NCBI RefSeq assembly: GCF_009834535.1
Contig: NC_045701.1
Span: forward strand, 73,036,001 to 73,100,000
Length of the DNA: 64,000 nt
Direction of reading: 5' to 3'
Source of the DNA: Camelus ferus
Taxonomy: Eukaryota
Made by a program: the position numbers and the translations under genes. Below the pieces are notes generated by a model. It did not search any database. It was not told the DNA's origin and was given only the letters and a program-made list of their open reading frames with translations. Of the stretch, positions 11,851 to 23,589 are shown one piece after another; the first letter of the stretch is position 1; each line of letters begins with the position of its first letter.

Positions 11851-13529
11851 ACTCCAGTCCCACTTTTTATTTTGGTTTAGGAAGTGTTCTCTTTCCATCA
11901 ATCCAGCTCTCCCTTTCAGCAGCCAGTTCTTATCTTCTTTCTGAGGATGGGACACAAAAAGAATTTTCTTCTTCTTTGAAGGCAAAGGCTCTCTGGCAAT
12001 GAAGACTGGTAGATTCCGCTGGGAGGTGTGGGCTCCAAAAACAGTAGTGGTAAAGCACAATGAAGAAGCGGAGAGTGCATCGGGGGAACAGTTCTAGAGA
12101 CTGGTGAACGGGAACCTGCTTCATCCCACTGTATTGAAGCCAGAACACTATCACAACAGAGACCTGCATTGGGGTCTGCATTGGTGACCAAGGGAATCTG
12201 ACCCACTGTAGGCTTTTAGTACCGTTGGTAGCGAGGACTTCACTTGGGTGTGGTGTGTGTGTTTCTGTATTTGTCTATTTGTGTATATATATATGTATGT
12301 AGGTAGGTATGTATATATGTACACACATGAATTCCTGACTACCAGTGGTACCTACACACAGTTTTGGGGGGTAGGATGGGTACCTGTTATGTGCAGAGCA
12401 CTCAACTTAACTCTTTTGGGCAGGGGAGATTTAAGAAGAAAAGATTAAATGGAGCCATTTCCCCTAAGCTGCCCTGGAGTCTAAGCAGAGAGGTAAGGCA
12501 GATATGTATAGGGACAGTATTTTCAGAGATTAGCTTGATTATTGGAGCTGCAAACTTTTTGAAATTATAAAACCCATAAATATTTCTTTTAAATCACAAA
12601 ACCTTTATGAAGCAGTTAAGTTCTCATAATCTTTGTACCGGAAAGGTAATAGAGCAAAGTTTATATCACTTTGCAACTAGCAGTTAGTATCTCTACATGT
12701 GAATGTCAGGCTTTTGAAATATTATTATTAATAAAGTTAAGAGGACGTTATGGGGAGGGATGAGATGAGATTTATCTATTCTTGTCATTATGTCTTTATC
12801 TGGGTCACCATTGGAACTAATGTGATCATTTTCCACCTCCAGGTAAAACACTTACACTGCTCGCCTTCTTGTGCTGACAGCCATTGTACTTAGGAACAAA
12901 TGTGCAGCTTCAGGGTAAAGTTGGAGGAAAAATATGTAGGCAGAGGAAGAGCTAGGAACTAGATTAAGAAAGGAGATTCTCACCTGAAAACTATGCATTC
13001 TGAGATCACACATAAGGTCCACCTCATTTTTAGGAATGCCCCGTGGATCTGAAAAATGCTAGTTGTAACTCCCTGGCCTGGTGAGCAGACCATTGACGGC
13101 CTAAGGGCCAAGGGGCCTCAGGCCAGGGTTTCAGCTTTCATGTGACCTGGTGACCCTGACTTTGGTCCACTGCTGTCTGAAGAACCCCTAGATCTGGGCT
13201 TGGGACCTTCCCAAATGGGTTCTCCAAAGTGGATCCTGGTGATGGAGAGTGGGGCATCAGGAGAAAGCACTCTTCACCCCCGTGGGGCAAGGACTCACCG
13301 TGTGTGGCTGCTGATGCAAGTGGAGAGGGGAGCACAGCGTTGGGACCCAGCTCACCCGACTTTAGACGTTTTCCTTAGGAAATACGATCACGTTTTAGAT
13401 GCTAGAGAGTTACTACTTCATCTTTCAGAATGGTGACTGGTTAAAAACGTCCTAATGGCCCAAACAAGAATGACATACGTAGTTAAATTACGTTGTCTGA
13501 TACTTGGAATATTAGGAATATTTTTCAGG

Positions 13530-13770
13530 CATTGAAAACTGTGTTTTTGAAGAGTATTTGATAACATGGATCTAGTTAAATAGATAAATATAGATATAAA
13601 TGTATTTAAGGGGGAAAATGCAGAGTATTTCTTTCTATAAGCTTTTTGTGAAGTATCTATATCCATCAATAGAAGATATTCTCTAAAGAAGCATACATTT
13701 TTCAGTGATTGCCTCTGGGTACCAGAGGATTTTAATTTTCTTATTTGAACCTATCTGGCCAAGTTATTTT
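13530..13770 (+). mobile_element. Ancient L1 (L1M) 3' UTR fragment
   Basis: AT-rich, ending cagtgattgcctctggg...tttaattttcttattt, typical of L1ME/MC ends. Confidence 0.4.
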
Positions 13771-14049
13771 CTACAATCACATGTTACCTTTCCAACCATA
13801 AAGTAGTACCAAATACGAGATGTTTCTCTGTGGCATGTTAATCCCATGCAGAACTGCAGTGGGGGCAGGACAGAGGGGTTTGGTCCTGGGTGCTGCATTT
13901 GTTAGTTGGCTCATGGAGGATGAGTCAGAGCTTCCCCAGGGTAAGCAAGAGGCCCTGCCTTCCTCACGGGTCATGGAGGATGGGAGGAGAGACTTGTGCC
14001 GTCTGACGTGAAGGCGGGTCTGTAGCCAAGGTGGTTGCTCTCCCTGCGC

Positions 14050-14325
14050 GCCTCCCTTCTCCCCAGCATTGCCTCTTTTTATCCTTCAGGGCTTGACTCG
14101 ACTGGTGCTTTCCCAAGTAACCTTCCCTGGACTCCGGGTCCCAGTTCCCTTGTTGAATGTCTTTGTAGCACTTTGGAGCTCTTACCATCACTGCAATTGT
14201 ATTCCCGTTCTTCAGGTTATTAGATGAATGTGCAGTACCTCCTCTGTATTATGTTTTGTCACTTTCGACTGTCCCTCATTACTGGCACATAGTGGTCTCC
14301 CACAAATGTTTGTTAGATGAATAAA
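14050..14325 (+). mobile_element. L2 LINE 3' end
   Basis: ...aaccttccctggactcc...tagcactt...actggcacatagtggtctcccacaaatgtttgttagatgaataaat. Confidence 0.7.
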
Positions 14326-14445
14326 TATGCTCTTCCATGCAGAGGTTTGAATCAGCTCGTGGGTAGACAGATCTAATATTTTGAGGTGGATTAGAAGGAT
14401 GATGGTGTTAATTGAGAGAAAGCTTCCTAGCAGAGTCACTATGTC

Positions 14446-14448
<3 letters not shown>

Positions 14449-14512
<64 letters not shown>
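14449..14512 (+). repeat. (TC)32 microsatellite
   Basis: Perfect TC dinucleotide run of 64 bp. Confidence 0.97.
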
Positions 14513-14517
<5 letters not shown>

Positions 14518-16689
14518 CCTGGGAAACAGTATATGATTCAACACACCAGAGAGCTAAGGCTTTGAATTCTAATGTGGGCCAATTAAGAAATCAATCAATA
14601 CTTATTTATCCAGTGAGGACCATGTGCCCAGCACAGTACTAAAGGCACTAAGACCTTTGAGAAGTGGCTTTCCTCGTTTCTTCAGATCATGAAATGGGTT
14701 CACTAAGACTTGCAGATTTCAAGAGGCAGGAAGGGCCAGGAGTAGACATGAGGATGAGTAAACTGATCAAGGATTGCAGTGACTGGAAAAGGACTGTGAA
14801 AAGCCAATGGCATTTGAGCCCCAGCATTTTCTCTGTGGGGTCCAGTGAGGCCCAGTTAATCTTCCCCAAGAAAGATATGGTTAGGAAAATGCCTCTGATA
14901 ATTATTGCAAAGGTGTCATCTTAAAAACAAACAAAAATCACAAGATGCCAACCTGAACTTGGAAGCATGAAATAAAAAAGCAAACTGCTCCCCAGAGGAA
15001 TAATTGTGGAGTTAGCAACTCTGAACTGTGTTGGTTTAGCAGGTTTCTGCCGTTTAGGGCTGGGGACAGAGGGGAAATTTGGTCTAGCTTAATTAGACTT
15101 TCCCTCTTGAAATGTGACAAAATAGCTACCCCGGAATGTTGCTCTCTAAAAATGCAAAAGGAGAATTCCTCCTCAGTCACATTTGTATGGAAACCAAAGA
15201 CGGGAGGAGCAGACACAGACTGTCAGGGGAAAGAATATGTGGGCTGTGGATACTTTTAGACGCCAAAACCTAGTGCTCATTTTCAGCCTCGGACCTAATC
15301 ATTTTTCCCCTCCTGGCATCTATGAGGGAGGTTCACATTTAGAGGGGGAACCAAATGGCTCCGCTAGCAGCCTATTAGGAGCACTGTATACCCTCCTCCC
15401 CACCCTGTACCCCCCACACTCACACGTTGTTCGGGGAGTTTGAGCAGAGCTGTCTTTGGGATGACAGGGCCTCATCTATGTAGAATTCGTCATAGTCTCG
15501 TCCTTGGTGGGCTAGGGTCCACATGGTGGAGGTAGGAAGTTGGAGGTAGGGAAGGAGAAGTTTGTTAACTAAGACTAAAGTAAAGGTCACCAAATTGTTT
15601 GCAAGCCTACCAGCCTAGTTACATCAGCTTTTTATCTCCTTGTGCAAACATTTATAGGTTTGCCAAGACCTCCAGCTAGCCCCTGGCCTCCACATAGTCA
15701 TTTTCTGTGCTAGACAGTAATAAGTCTGCGTTTATTCTTTAATGTCCTTTAATGCCCACTTCATTAGCGCAGTCCAGTTAGGGCCTGTTAGCAAGGTTTC
15801 ACTGCTTCATTGTTGGAGAGGAAGGGATATTACCAGTGAGAGGAAGGCTTTCTGCTTAAGGAAGTATTTTCCCCCGAGGGGCATGAACACACGAACAAGC
15901 GTGAGCAAAAACTTCAGGCTAGGGATTCAGTGCGTCCTAAGTGAATTCCAGGCAAGGTGAGTAATAACCCAGGTTCAAGAGAAAAATGCACCCCGTGGGG
16001 CTTCCTGAACAGAACTAAAGGCCCCTCTTTGGATGAGGGGATCCTGTTCTGCACTGTGGAGGGTGGAACGCCCTTCTCCCACGTCGCACCTCCTGCATTT
16101 ATCTCCTGCTCTGCCATGTCCTAGGTCTCTGACGTAGCCACCCTACCATCTCCTTGTTCTGCTACCACAGTGTCACTGCATCGGTCCTGCAGGGGACACT
16201 CGCAAAGAAAGTCCACCCTAGATGTCTTCTTTCCTTGTCAGTCTTCACGTCTGTCCGTTCTGAATTTGAGTCCAACGCCTGGCACCCTGGGCCTTTTGCT
16301 TTTACATTTCCAGTGTGAAAGCTCTTCCACAGTGTGGTCTGGGCTCCTCTCTTCATCCTTGTGAGCCCCAAAAGGAATTGGGAAGTGCCTGGACAGACTG
16401 TTGGAACAAAGTTCCTGTTCTCCTCCGACTGTGGGTTTTGATCATTTCTTTCAGTAACCAGTTTAATTTAATTATTCATAGAAGAACATTCATAGTGCAA
16501 GAGGAAATGTCCTATCAAGCATTTGTCAAAGAATTGGTCTTCGTAATGTGAGACATCCCCAGAGCAAAAGCAAAGTATCTGGGCTGATGATTAAACCTTT
16601 GGGGAGAAGCAGGATGAGACATCCAGAGTTGATGGGGCTTGAAATCACCATGGTTGACTCAATAGATGACCCCAGAATCTGTGGGAGGC

Positions 16690-16860
16690 ACAAAGTCTGT
16701 GTGCTGTCCCCATCCTCCCAGCAATACAGTGTTATCACCATTATACAATGGGGAAACTGAGGCACAGAGAAATAAACTGCCTTGCCCAAACTTTCTAAAG
16801 TAGGAAGTGGAGAGTCTAGTTTTGGAAAGAGGCAGCCTAATACCATAGCTGTGTTCCTAA
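16690..16860 (-). mobile_element. MIR SINE
   Basis: gttatcaccattatacaatggggaaactgaggcacagagaaataaactgccttgcccaaa. Confidence 0.75.
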
Positions 16861-17099
16861 CACTCTAGAACTGGATCGGGTACAAGCTGATCCCTTGGTT
16901 GGTCACTGTCTCATGCCCCTGGCTTATCCGATCAACTCCAGCTTTCTAGAGCTGGATGTACTGATTGGCCTGAACAGAAGACTCCAAAGTTTAGCAGGAG
17001 TTTCCCTGCGATGATTTGGTGAGACTGATCAAAGATGTCTTTAACAAACAGACCCAGTATTCAGTGTGACTAGAATAAGCCAGCCTGCTTCTGCCATTT

Positions 17100-17280
17100 C
17101 CTGGACCTTTGACTTAGCCCAGCTACCTAATTTTTGAGTCTTAGCTGTCCATTTATAGGAAAATGATAACCTCTACTTCATAGTGGGCTGTAAGAACTAA
17201 AGAGAAGAGGGAGTACATGGAGGGTACTTGGTAAACAGCTAAGAGTTTTAGAAATGTTTATAAATTTTAGCCAAGACCCT
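17100..17280 (+). mobile_element. MIR SINE
   Basis: gtcttagctgtccatttataggaaaatgataacctctacttcatagtgggctgtaag. Confidence 0.6.
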
Positions 17281-18289
17281 TTGGCTCCTTATGGCTCAGA
17301 AATCCCAGTAACACTGGGGCAATTTTCCTAAACTCTAGTATCTGTAGGGATGACCTAGGGGAAGGTGTTAGAAGTGCAGTTCCCCAGATTTCACCCCACC
17401 GTTATTCAGGTTGGACCAAGTGATGCTGACACAAAGGTCTGGAGACCAGCACAGAGAAACACTGGCTCAGAGGCCCACAGAGCCCCCCTTCCACCCTTTG
17501 ACTAGACCCTCCACTTTCCTTTAGTCTCATCTGACCTGAGAGGCACACGTTAGAGACATTCTCAGCAGAGTGTCTGCTAAAGGCTTTGTAAGGTCAACAA
17601 GTAGTAGTTTCATTATTGCAGAAGCAGCCCTCAGAGTAGTACATTTTCTCCCCCTCCCCCATTTCCCTTGTTGGCTCCGTGCCCTTCCCTCCACACCCCA
17701 TTCCACCCCCATCCAGCTTCTATTTGCATCACAGTCCATGGCATTTTTGAACTTCAGGGCTCCTGTCTGGCTCCTTATTCTTTCAGCTGAGGAACTGCAG
17801 CACCTAATTAATAGGAAATTAGCTGTGAATGTAACATTTGGCCCACAGTCAAGGCCCAAGAAGTTATAAATATACACAATGTGAGTAGCCTGGGCACCTG
17901 ATTCCTGGCAGCTCCAGAAGTGGCACCTCCCCGGGCTGTTCTAGGAAGTTAAGTCAAGTCAAAGACAGCTGGGAGCCGGGGTCGCCGGCCAGGAGGGTCA
18001 AGGGGACCATCCCGGGGAGCACAAGGGCTTGTCAATTTCATCTCATTTTCCAAACAGCACATTTGCTCTCCTCAGGTTAAATGTCTCTCCAGAGGCCTGG
18101 CTGGAGAGGAAGCAGAAAGGAGACTGGAACATGGGTTTCAGAGGACTTGGAGGAGGGCCATGGGGTTCCACGTAGGGTGTCCCAAACACTGTTTGCCCAA
18201 AGACACTATAGGTCTGCTGTTGCTCCGGGAACTTCCATTTAGCTTCTTCCAGAAGCCGGGACTTTGTGCATTAAAGGCCATGCCACCCG

Positions 18290-18410
18290 AAGGTGCAGAC
18301 CATGGAGCTGAGGCCCAGAGAAGGGAAAAATCTGGCCTAACCAGTTGGGAGCAGAGCTGGGATTTGAACCATGGTTTTCAAATCCCTGAATCTGATGCTG
18401 TTTACAGGAC
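18290..18410 (-). mobile_element. MIR SINE fragment
   Basis: gctgaggcccagagaagggaaa...ggagcagagctgggatttgaacc. Confidence 0.65.
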
Positions 18411-19374
18411 CTCAAAGCTGCCTAAAGACTTCAGGAGAACCAGCTGGGGAGGTGAAAACAATTTTTGAAAATACCAGTGAGGAAAAAGGATTGAGGAGGA
18501 GCCAAGGAGCAGAGAGGTCAAGGGCAGGTAAGGCACCTTAGGGGTCTTGTAGGAGGCAGAAGGGCCCCCCTCCATGGAGGAGTGAGCATTGCCCGGGGTC
18601 AGAGCTGCAGCTCTTTTCTCCAGATTCACCTGATGTAGGCTATCTCACTTTTTCTCAACTTCCCTGGCAGGAAATAGGAATTGAGCAGCCTGTCTTTTCC
18701 CTCCTGAGAGTTAAAATTCTGCTGATAAAGGGACCTGTTCAAATTTCTAATTCTGTTTGCTATGAGCCAAGGGGAGAGAATGCTGGGACCCTTGGCAAAG
18801 CAGGCAGGGCTGGGAGGAAAAGCCGGTCTGACGAGGTTAGGGAACAGAAAGCCCAGAGTAAGTGCAATATTTTGCCAGCTTTATTTAAGGGATCGATCGA
18901 AGCCTCTTTAACACAGGCTTCTACCTGAGAGTGATACAATGAATCGGCATTTATGTGTCTCTGGAAGGAGGCTTCTGAAAGAGAAAAAAAATATAAAAGA
19001 AATTGCATCTTTGGGTAGGTCCCAGATGGGGCTGCGCTGAAGGAGGGAAATAACTCATTGACGATGTCACAGAGCAGAAGATAGACAGGGGGGGCTGCAT
19101 GTTGCTGAGGCTCAGGGAGGACAGGGTCTGCCCTGGAGGGAAACGGTGCCTCCAGCCTTGCTCAGGGAATGGAGTTCTAAGTCAGAGTCCAGGCTGAGAA
19201 CACAGGTGTCACTGCTACCCTGAAACAAAGATAATGCAACTCCCTCTTCCCACCTCTACCCACGCGCCAGGGGCATTTCCTGATCCTCTGCTGAGGAAGG
19301 GCTCCATCCTTCTTGGTTTCTTGTCCTCTGGGAGGGTGTTGCCAGTTCTTTATCACCCCAGCCAGTGCTTTGGC

Positions 19375-19590
19375 ACAAAGTAGCTTTGGAGTCAGAAAGA
19401 GTTGAGTTCAAACATCACATGCTCCACTTAGGAGTCTCCTTATCTCTATGTGCCCTCAGTTTCTTATTGTTGTGAAAAGCATGGGGTAATATGTATCTGA
19501 GAGGGTTTTTAAGAAGAGTAAATGAGATAATAATCAAAAAAACTAATACAGCATGTGACACACAGTTGATCATTAAGAACCACTATTACC
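19375..19590 (+). mobile_element. MIR SINE
   Basis: gctttggagtcagaaagagttgagttcaaac...gccctcagtttctt...aaatgagataata. Confidence 0.75.
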
Positions 19591-19759
19591 ATTATCATAA
19601 AGCAAATGAGAGTCAAGAATAATATTGATCCTTGGTAGTCATCAATAATCATATGACTTCTTTTTCAAGGTCACATGAGCAATAATAACGTTGGGAAAAG
19701 ATGTTTGCTATTTTTGTCTCCCTCATCAATATATACCCTCCTGAAACAATCCCACATCA

Positions 19760-19886
19760 CAACCTAGACCAAAGCAAACCCCAATCCTCTGCCCAAATCT
19801 ACTCCCAACCTTAACTTTAATCATACCCGAGACCCATCCTAACCCTATACCAAACTGTCACCCAGCTCCATTCCCAACCCTATTCC
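19760..19886 (+). repeat. Degenerate (CCCTAA)-like hexamer array, left part
   Basis: C/A-rich with hexamer period: cccaaccttaactttaa...cctaaccctat...cccaaccctat. Confidence 0.55.
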
Positions 19887-20410
19887 TGCATTAGTCAGGG
19901 TTCTCCAGAGAAACAGAACCCAAGGGAATGCATAGACAGAGAAGGAGACTCCTTACAAGCAATTGGCTCATGCGATTATGGGGCTGGCAAGTCCAGGATC
20001 TGCAGGGTGAGTGGGCAAGCTGGAGACCCGGGAGAGCTGGTGGGGTAGTGCCAGCCCTTCTGAAGGCCTGAGACCCAGGAGAGCCAATGGTGTAGTTCTA
20101 GTCTGAAGACCCACATAGCCAGAAAAGACGGATGTTTCAGTTAGAGTCCGCAGACAGGAAAAAGATGATGTCCTAGTTCTACGGCCATCAGGCAGGAAGG
20201 ATTCTCTCTTACTTGNNNNNNNNNNNNNNNNNNNNNNNNNNNNNNNNNNNNNNNNNNNNNNNNNNNNNNNNNNNNNNNNNNNNNNNNNNNNNNNNNNNNN
20301 NNNNNNNNNNNNNNNNNNNNNNNNNNNNNNNNNNNNNNNNNNNNNNNNNNNNTAGAAGAATGCTTGAGCAAATGACCCAGTCAAGGTGACACATAAAACT
20401 AACAATTATA
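19887..20410 (-). mobile_element. MLT2 (ERVL) solo LTR, partly masked (20216-20352)
   Basis: Begins tgcattagtcagggttctccagagaaacagaacc and ends cccagtcaaggtgacacataaaactaacaattata. Confidence 0.9.
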
Positions 20411-20490
20411 CCTAACCCTAACCCTAACCCTATCCCGAACCCTCACTACAAGCTCAAGGCCAAACCCAACGCCACCCTAACTACTGTTAC
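20411..20490 (+). repeat. Degenerate (CCCTAA)-like hexamer array, right part
   Basis: cctaa ccctaa ccctaa ccctat cccgaa ccctca ctacaa gctcaa ggccaa acccaa...ccctaa. Confidence 0.75.
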
Positions 20491-21062
20491 ATATTGCTAC
20501 ACATTGTTAGTGCCTCAGTTTTCTTCTCTGTAGTGGGGAATACAAATCCTATCCCAGCTGCCAAAACTTGCAAAAATCAGTGTGATGAGCTTATACCATA
20601 AAGAAACTCAGTTTAATAATGTATCTCTGGAATACGGAATTGAAAGGGAAAGGACACTGGAAAATAGATTCTCACTCAGACAGCAACCCAACATCATTAG
20701 CATCTGCCTTCAGCATGAGGGAACCACTCAGACACACAGAGAGAATTCCATTTGCTGGTGCCAATTCCTGCCCCAGTCTCTTGGCTAAGCCCTATTTTAA
20801 TAGGATCTGGGTGCATCTGGGATGCCCAGGGACAGAGGCACGGGGACAATGCTTGAAGTTGTCTTACGGCGAAGAATATCAGCCTGTAGAGCACTGTGAG
20901 ACGAAAAATGCATTGTTAGTGTTTCCACTCACATAGATCACTTAGTTCTCTGCCAGATTCTTCTCTCAGATGTATCCCACAGATGAAAAAGGAACCTTCC
21001 TCATTTCTAGAAAGATTCCTATAAAATCAAAGAATGGTAGAACTGAAATGGATGGTGATGTA

Positions 21063-21170
21063 GCCTAGAGGTTCTCAACTTTAAAATCACTGGTGCCTGG
21101 GTTGCCTCCTATGCTGATTGGTCCATCTCTGGGGATGAGGCCAAGTATTCTTAGAAGTATATTTGTAGCA
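21063..21170. mobile_element. MER5-type hAT/Charlie MITE fragment
   Basis: ctagaggttctcaacttt...aaatcactggtgcctggg...ctggggatgaggcc. Confidence 0.55.
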
Positions 21171-21994
21171 TACCATTGCCAAGTAGTTCACCAGCCTAGC
21201 CCAAACCCTTCATGTTACAGATGGAAAGAGAGAGAGACTCAAAAAAGCCAAGGAACTCTTATAAAATCAGATACCTAGGGGCAAAGCCATCACGCAAAGT
21301 CTCATGATTCCTCGTCCAGTGCTCTCGTCAGAACACCATGCATTCACTCATCTTGCTTCCTCAGATCTAGAGCCAAAGAACAGGCCTAGGATCCCCATGA
21401 TGAGTGGTACTCAAGCTCAGTTACTGTGTAGCTCTTCCTGCCACACCAGCGTAAAGGCTTTCATTCCTCTGCACCAGACAGCTCTTGTTCAGAGAGGTAG
21501 GGGCACCATGGTGGAAACGATTCTCTACTGACCCATTTGGAACAATTAGAATAAAAAAATTCTACTCCATCAACCTTGACCAGACAGCCAAAGGTTGTAC
21601 TTACTTGGTACTGACCTTGTAAAGATGGGTTGCAACTTTGGGGAGTTGATTTTGTTGTCACTGTTGTTGTTTTCCTTCTGGGCACTTGGAGTTTATGTTC
21701 ACCAAGGAGAATTCTTGGAATTGTAGGCTCAATGCCATTAGCATCTGCTTCATCCCCCTGCTTTCGTGTTTAACTTCCTTCTTTTCTGAGTTTTAAAAGG
21801 TTTTTAGGTTTTTAGTGAACTTATACCAAATGAATTGCTATTTAAAAATGGGTGACTGAAATCCACCTTCAGTCCTGATTTGACATAGTTAGAAAACATG
21901 GAAGCCGCTGAAACAGGCCAGCATGGCAGCCTGTGCATTTCTCCTGGGTGGTAGTTCTTCTTTATAACCCGGAGGGTGCACAGGGATTCTGCAC

Positions 21995-22400
21995 TCATTT
22001 AGTCATTCATTCAAATAGTGTGTATAGGTTCCTCCTAGGGTCCAGAGAATTTGATTGGCACTAAGGGAAAATTAAGGTGACATGGACTCAGCGCTTGACC
22101 TCAAGAAGCTTACATCTAATGGGCAGGGAAGATGAGTGCCCTCGAAAACCCATACCATAAGCAAGGTGATGTTCCCTTAAGGTTCTACAGAAGCTGTTCA
22201 GGGATGAGTGAGATTACTTCTAGCTGAGGGATAGGGGAAGGTTCCTGTGATGATGCCACATTTTAGTTGAGCCTTGGAAAGTTGATAGGATTTAGGCAGA
22301 AATTAGTGTAAATCATGTGGGCAAGGGAATAGCATGAGTAAAGAGATGAAGGGAGAGCAAAGATGTATATGGGGTATGTTTGCTTTGGATATGGTAGGCA
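21995..22400 (-). mobile_element. L2 LINE 3' end
   Basis: tcatttagtcattcattcaaatagt...gacctcaagaagcttacatctaatggg...ttgagccttggaaag. Confidence 0.75.
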
Positions 22401-22499
22401 GAGGAGAACTGTGTAAAAAAAATTTAAGGGTAGACTCTTCAGAGTAGAAATGGGTTTCAGAGATCTTCTCGTCTGTTTTATACATTAGAAGGTAATCAT

Positions 22500-22765
22500 A
22501 ATGATAGTAATAGTAGTTGGAGCAGGACTTGAGTTTACCTCTCATTGCGTGCTTTCCATAGGCAGTTATTGAGCTACATGCTCCACATGGATTTTCTCCT
22601 TCATGTGGATTTACATTGTTTCCTCACAGTATCTCTTGGGGAGAAATGTTATTATTATGCCCACTTTGCAGATGAAGAAACCAAGGCTCAGAGATCAGTG
22701 AGCCAATGAGGGGTAGAGCTGGGATTTGAAGCCAAGGCTATATTCTCTCCACTGCCCTGATCCCA
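22500..22765 (-). mobile_element. MIR SINE
   Basis: ttattattatgcccactttgcagatgaagaaaccaaggctcagaga...gagctgggatttgaagcc. Confidence 0.8.
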
Positions 22766-23589
22766 TCGCGGGCATTCAGAGAGAGTGGTGGTGCTGTTAT
22801 GGGAGAGGAAGGGCAGACGCATTCATTTTTCGGTGTGTTGAGTCTGAGCTGCTCATGAGACCTCTGGGATAAGAGGTGAGTTTGGATGTTGGGGAGGAAG
22901 TCGTATAAAAGAAAGGAGTTAGTTTCGGGAAGTTTACATTCCAAGCTTTGCATATTCAAGTTGGCTCTCTCCGTGGGATTTCTAGTCGGGAATTCTAGTG
23001 GCTCATCTGCGAGGCCACTCCTTAGTGTGTGTGTGTGGTTTGCCAGACCCATCTTCAAAACTTGCACTCAGGGCTTTCTTTTTTCCAGATCTCGGCTCCT
23101 CTCCCTCCATGTGTGCCCACACTGCTGTCTCCATTTTTCCAAAGGGGCTTTTGCAGCCTGCTGTCCAGTTGCTGGCTGCCAAGGTGTGCCTCTGAGAGGT
23201 ATCAGGCTGTTGAGCACTGGGTGGAACAAATACTCCTAACCCTGTGACTCCAGTAGTGAAAAAAATCTCATTTTGGTGGGGGGAACTGAAGATGATGAGC
23301 ATGTACACAGAGGCGGGGGACTGGAGGGAAGCAGGGAGCTTTGGTAGCCTGGAAACACTCCTGTACCTCAGGCTAGTAAGAGAAGTTCAATACAACTTCC
23401 TCCAAGTCCCTTGTCATTTCCTGACCTGGACTAGCAGTGCCTTGATTGTTGGAACCAGGAATGTCTGAGCAGTGGGAAAACTGAGGCAGGAAGGAGTGGA
23501 GAGGACTTAGTCAAGGCTTTGCAGTCTATGGCCGAGAGCCCAAAATTCACATTATCCTGTAAGAAGGACCCCTGGGGAAAGGGTTGGAG

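Noticed and set aside
11960-12100. Possible coding exon after ttcttcttctttgaAG
   Set aside because: The open frame is only ~38 codons, there is no strong donor, and the peptide is unrecognisable.
14212-14642. ORFs with ER and SL dipeptide repeats
   Set aside because: Translations of the (TC)32 microsatellite.
20411-20490. True telomere or chromosome end
   Set aside because: Only two perfect CCCTAA units, with ordinary sequence continuing on both sides.
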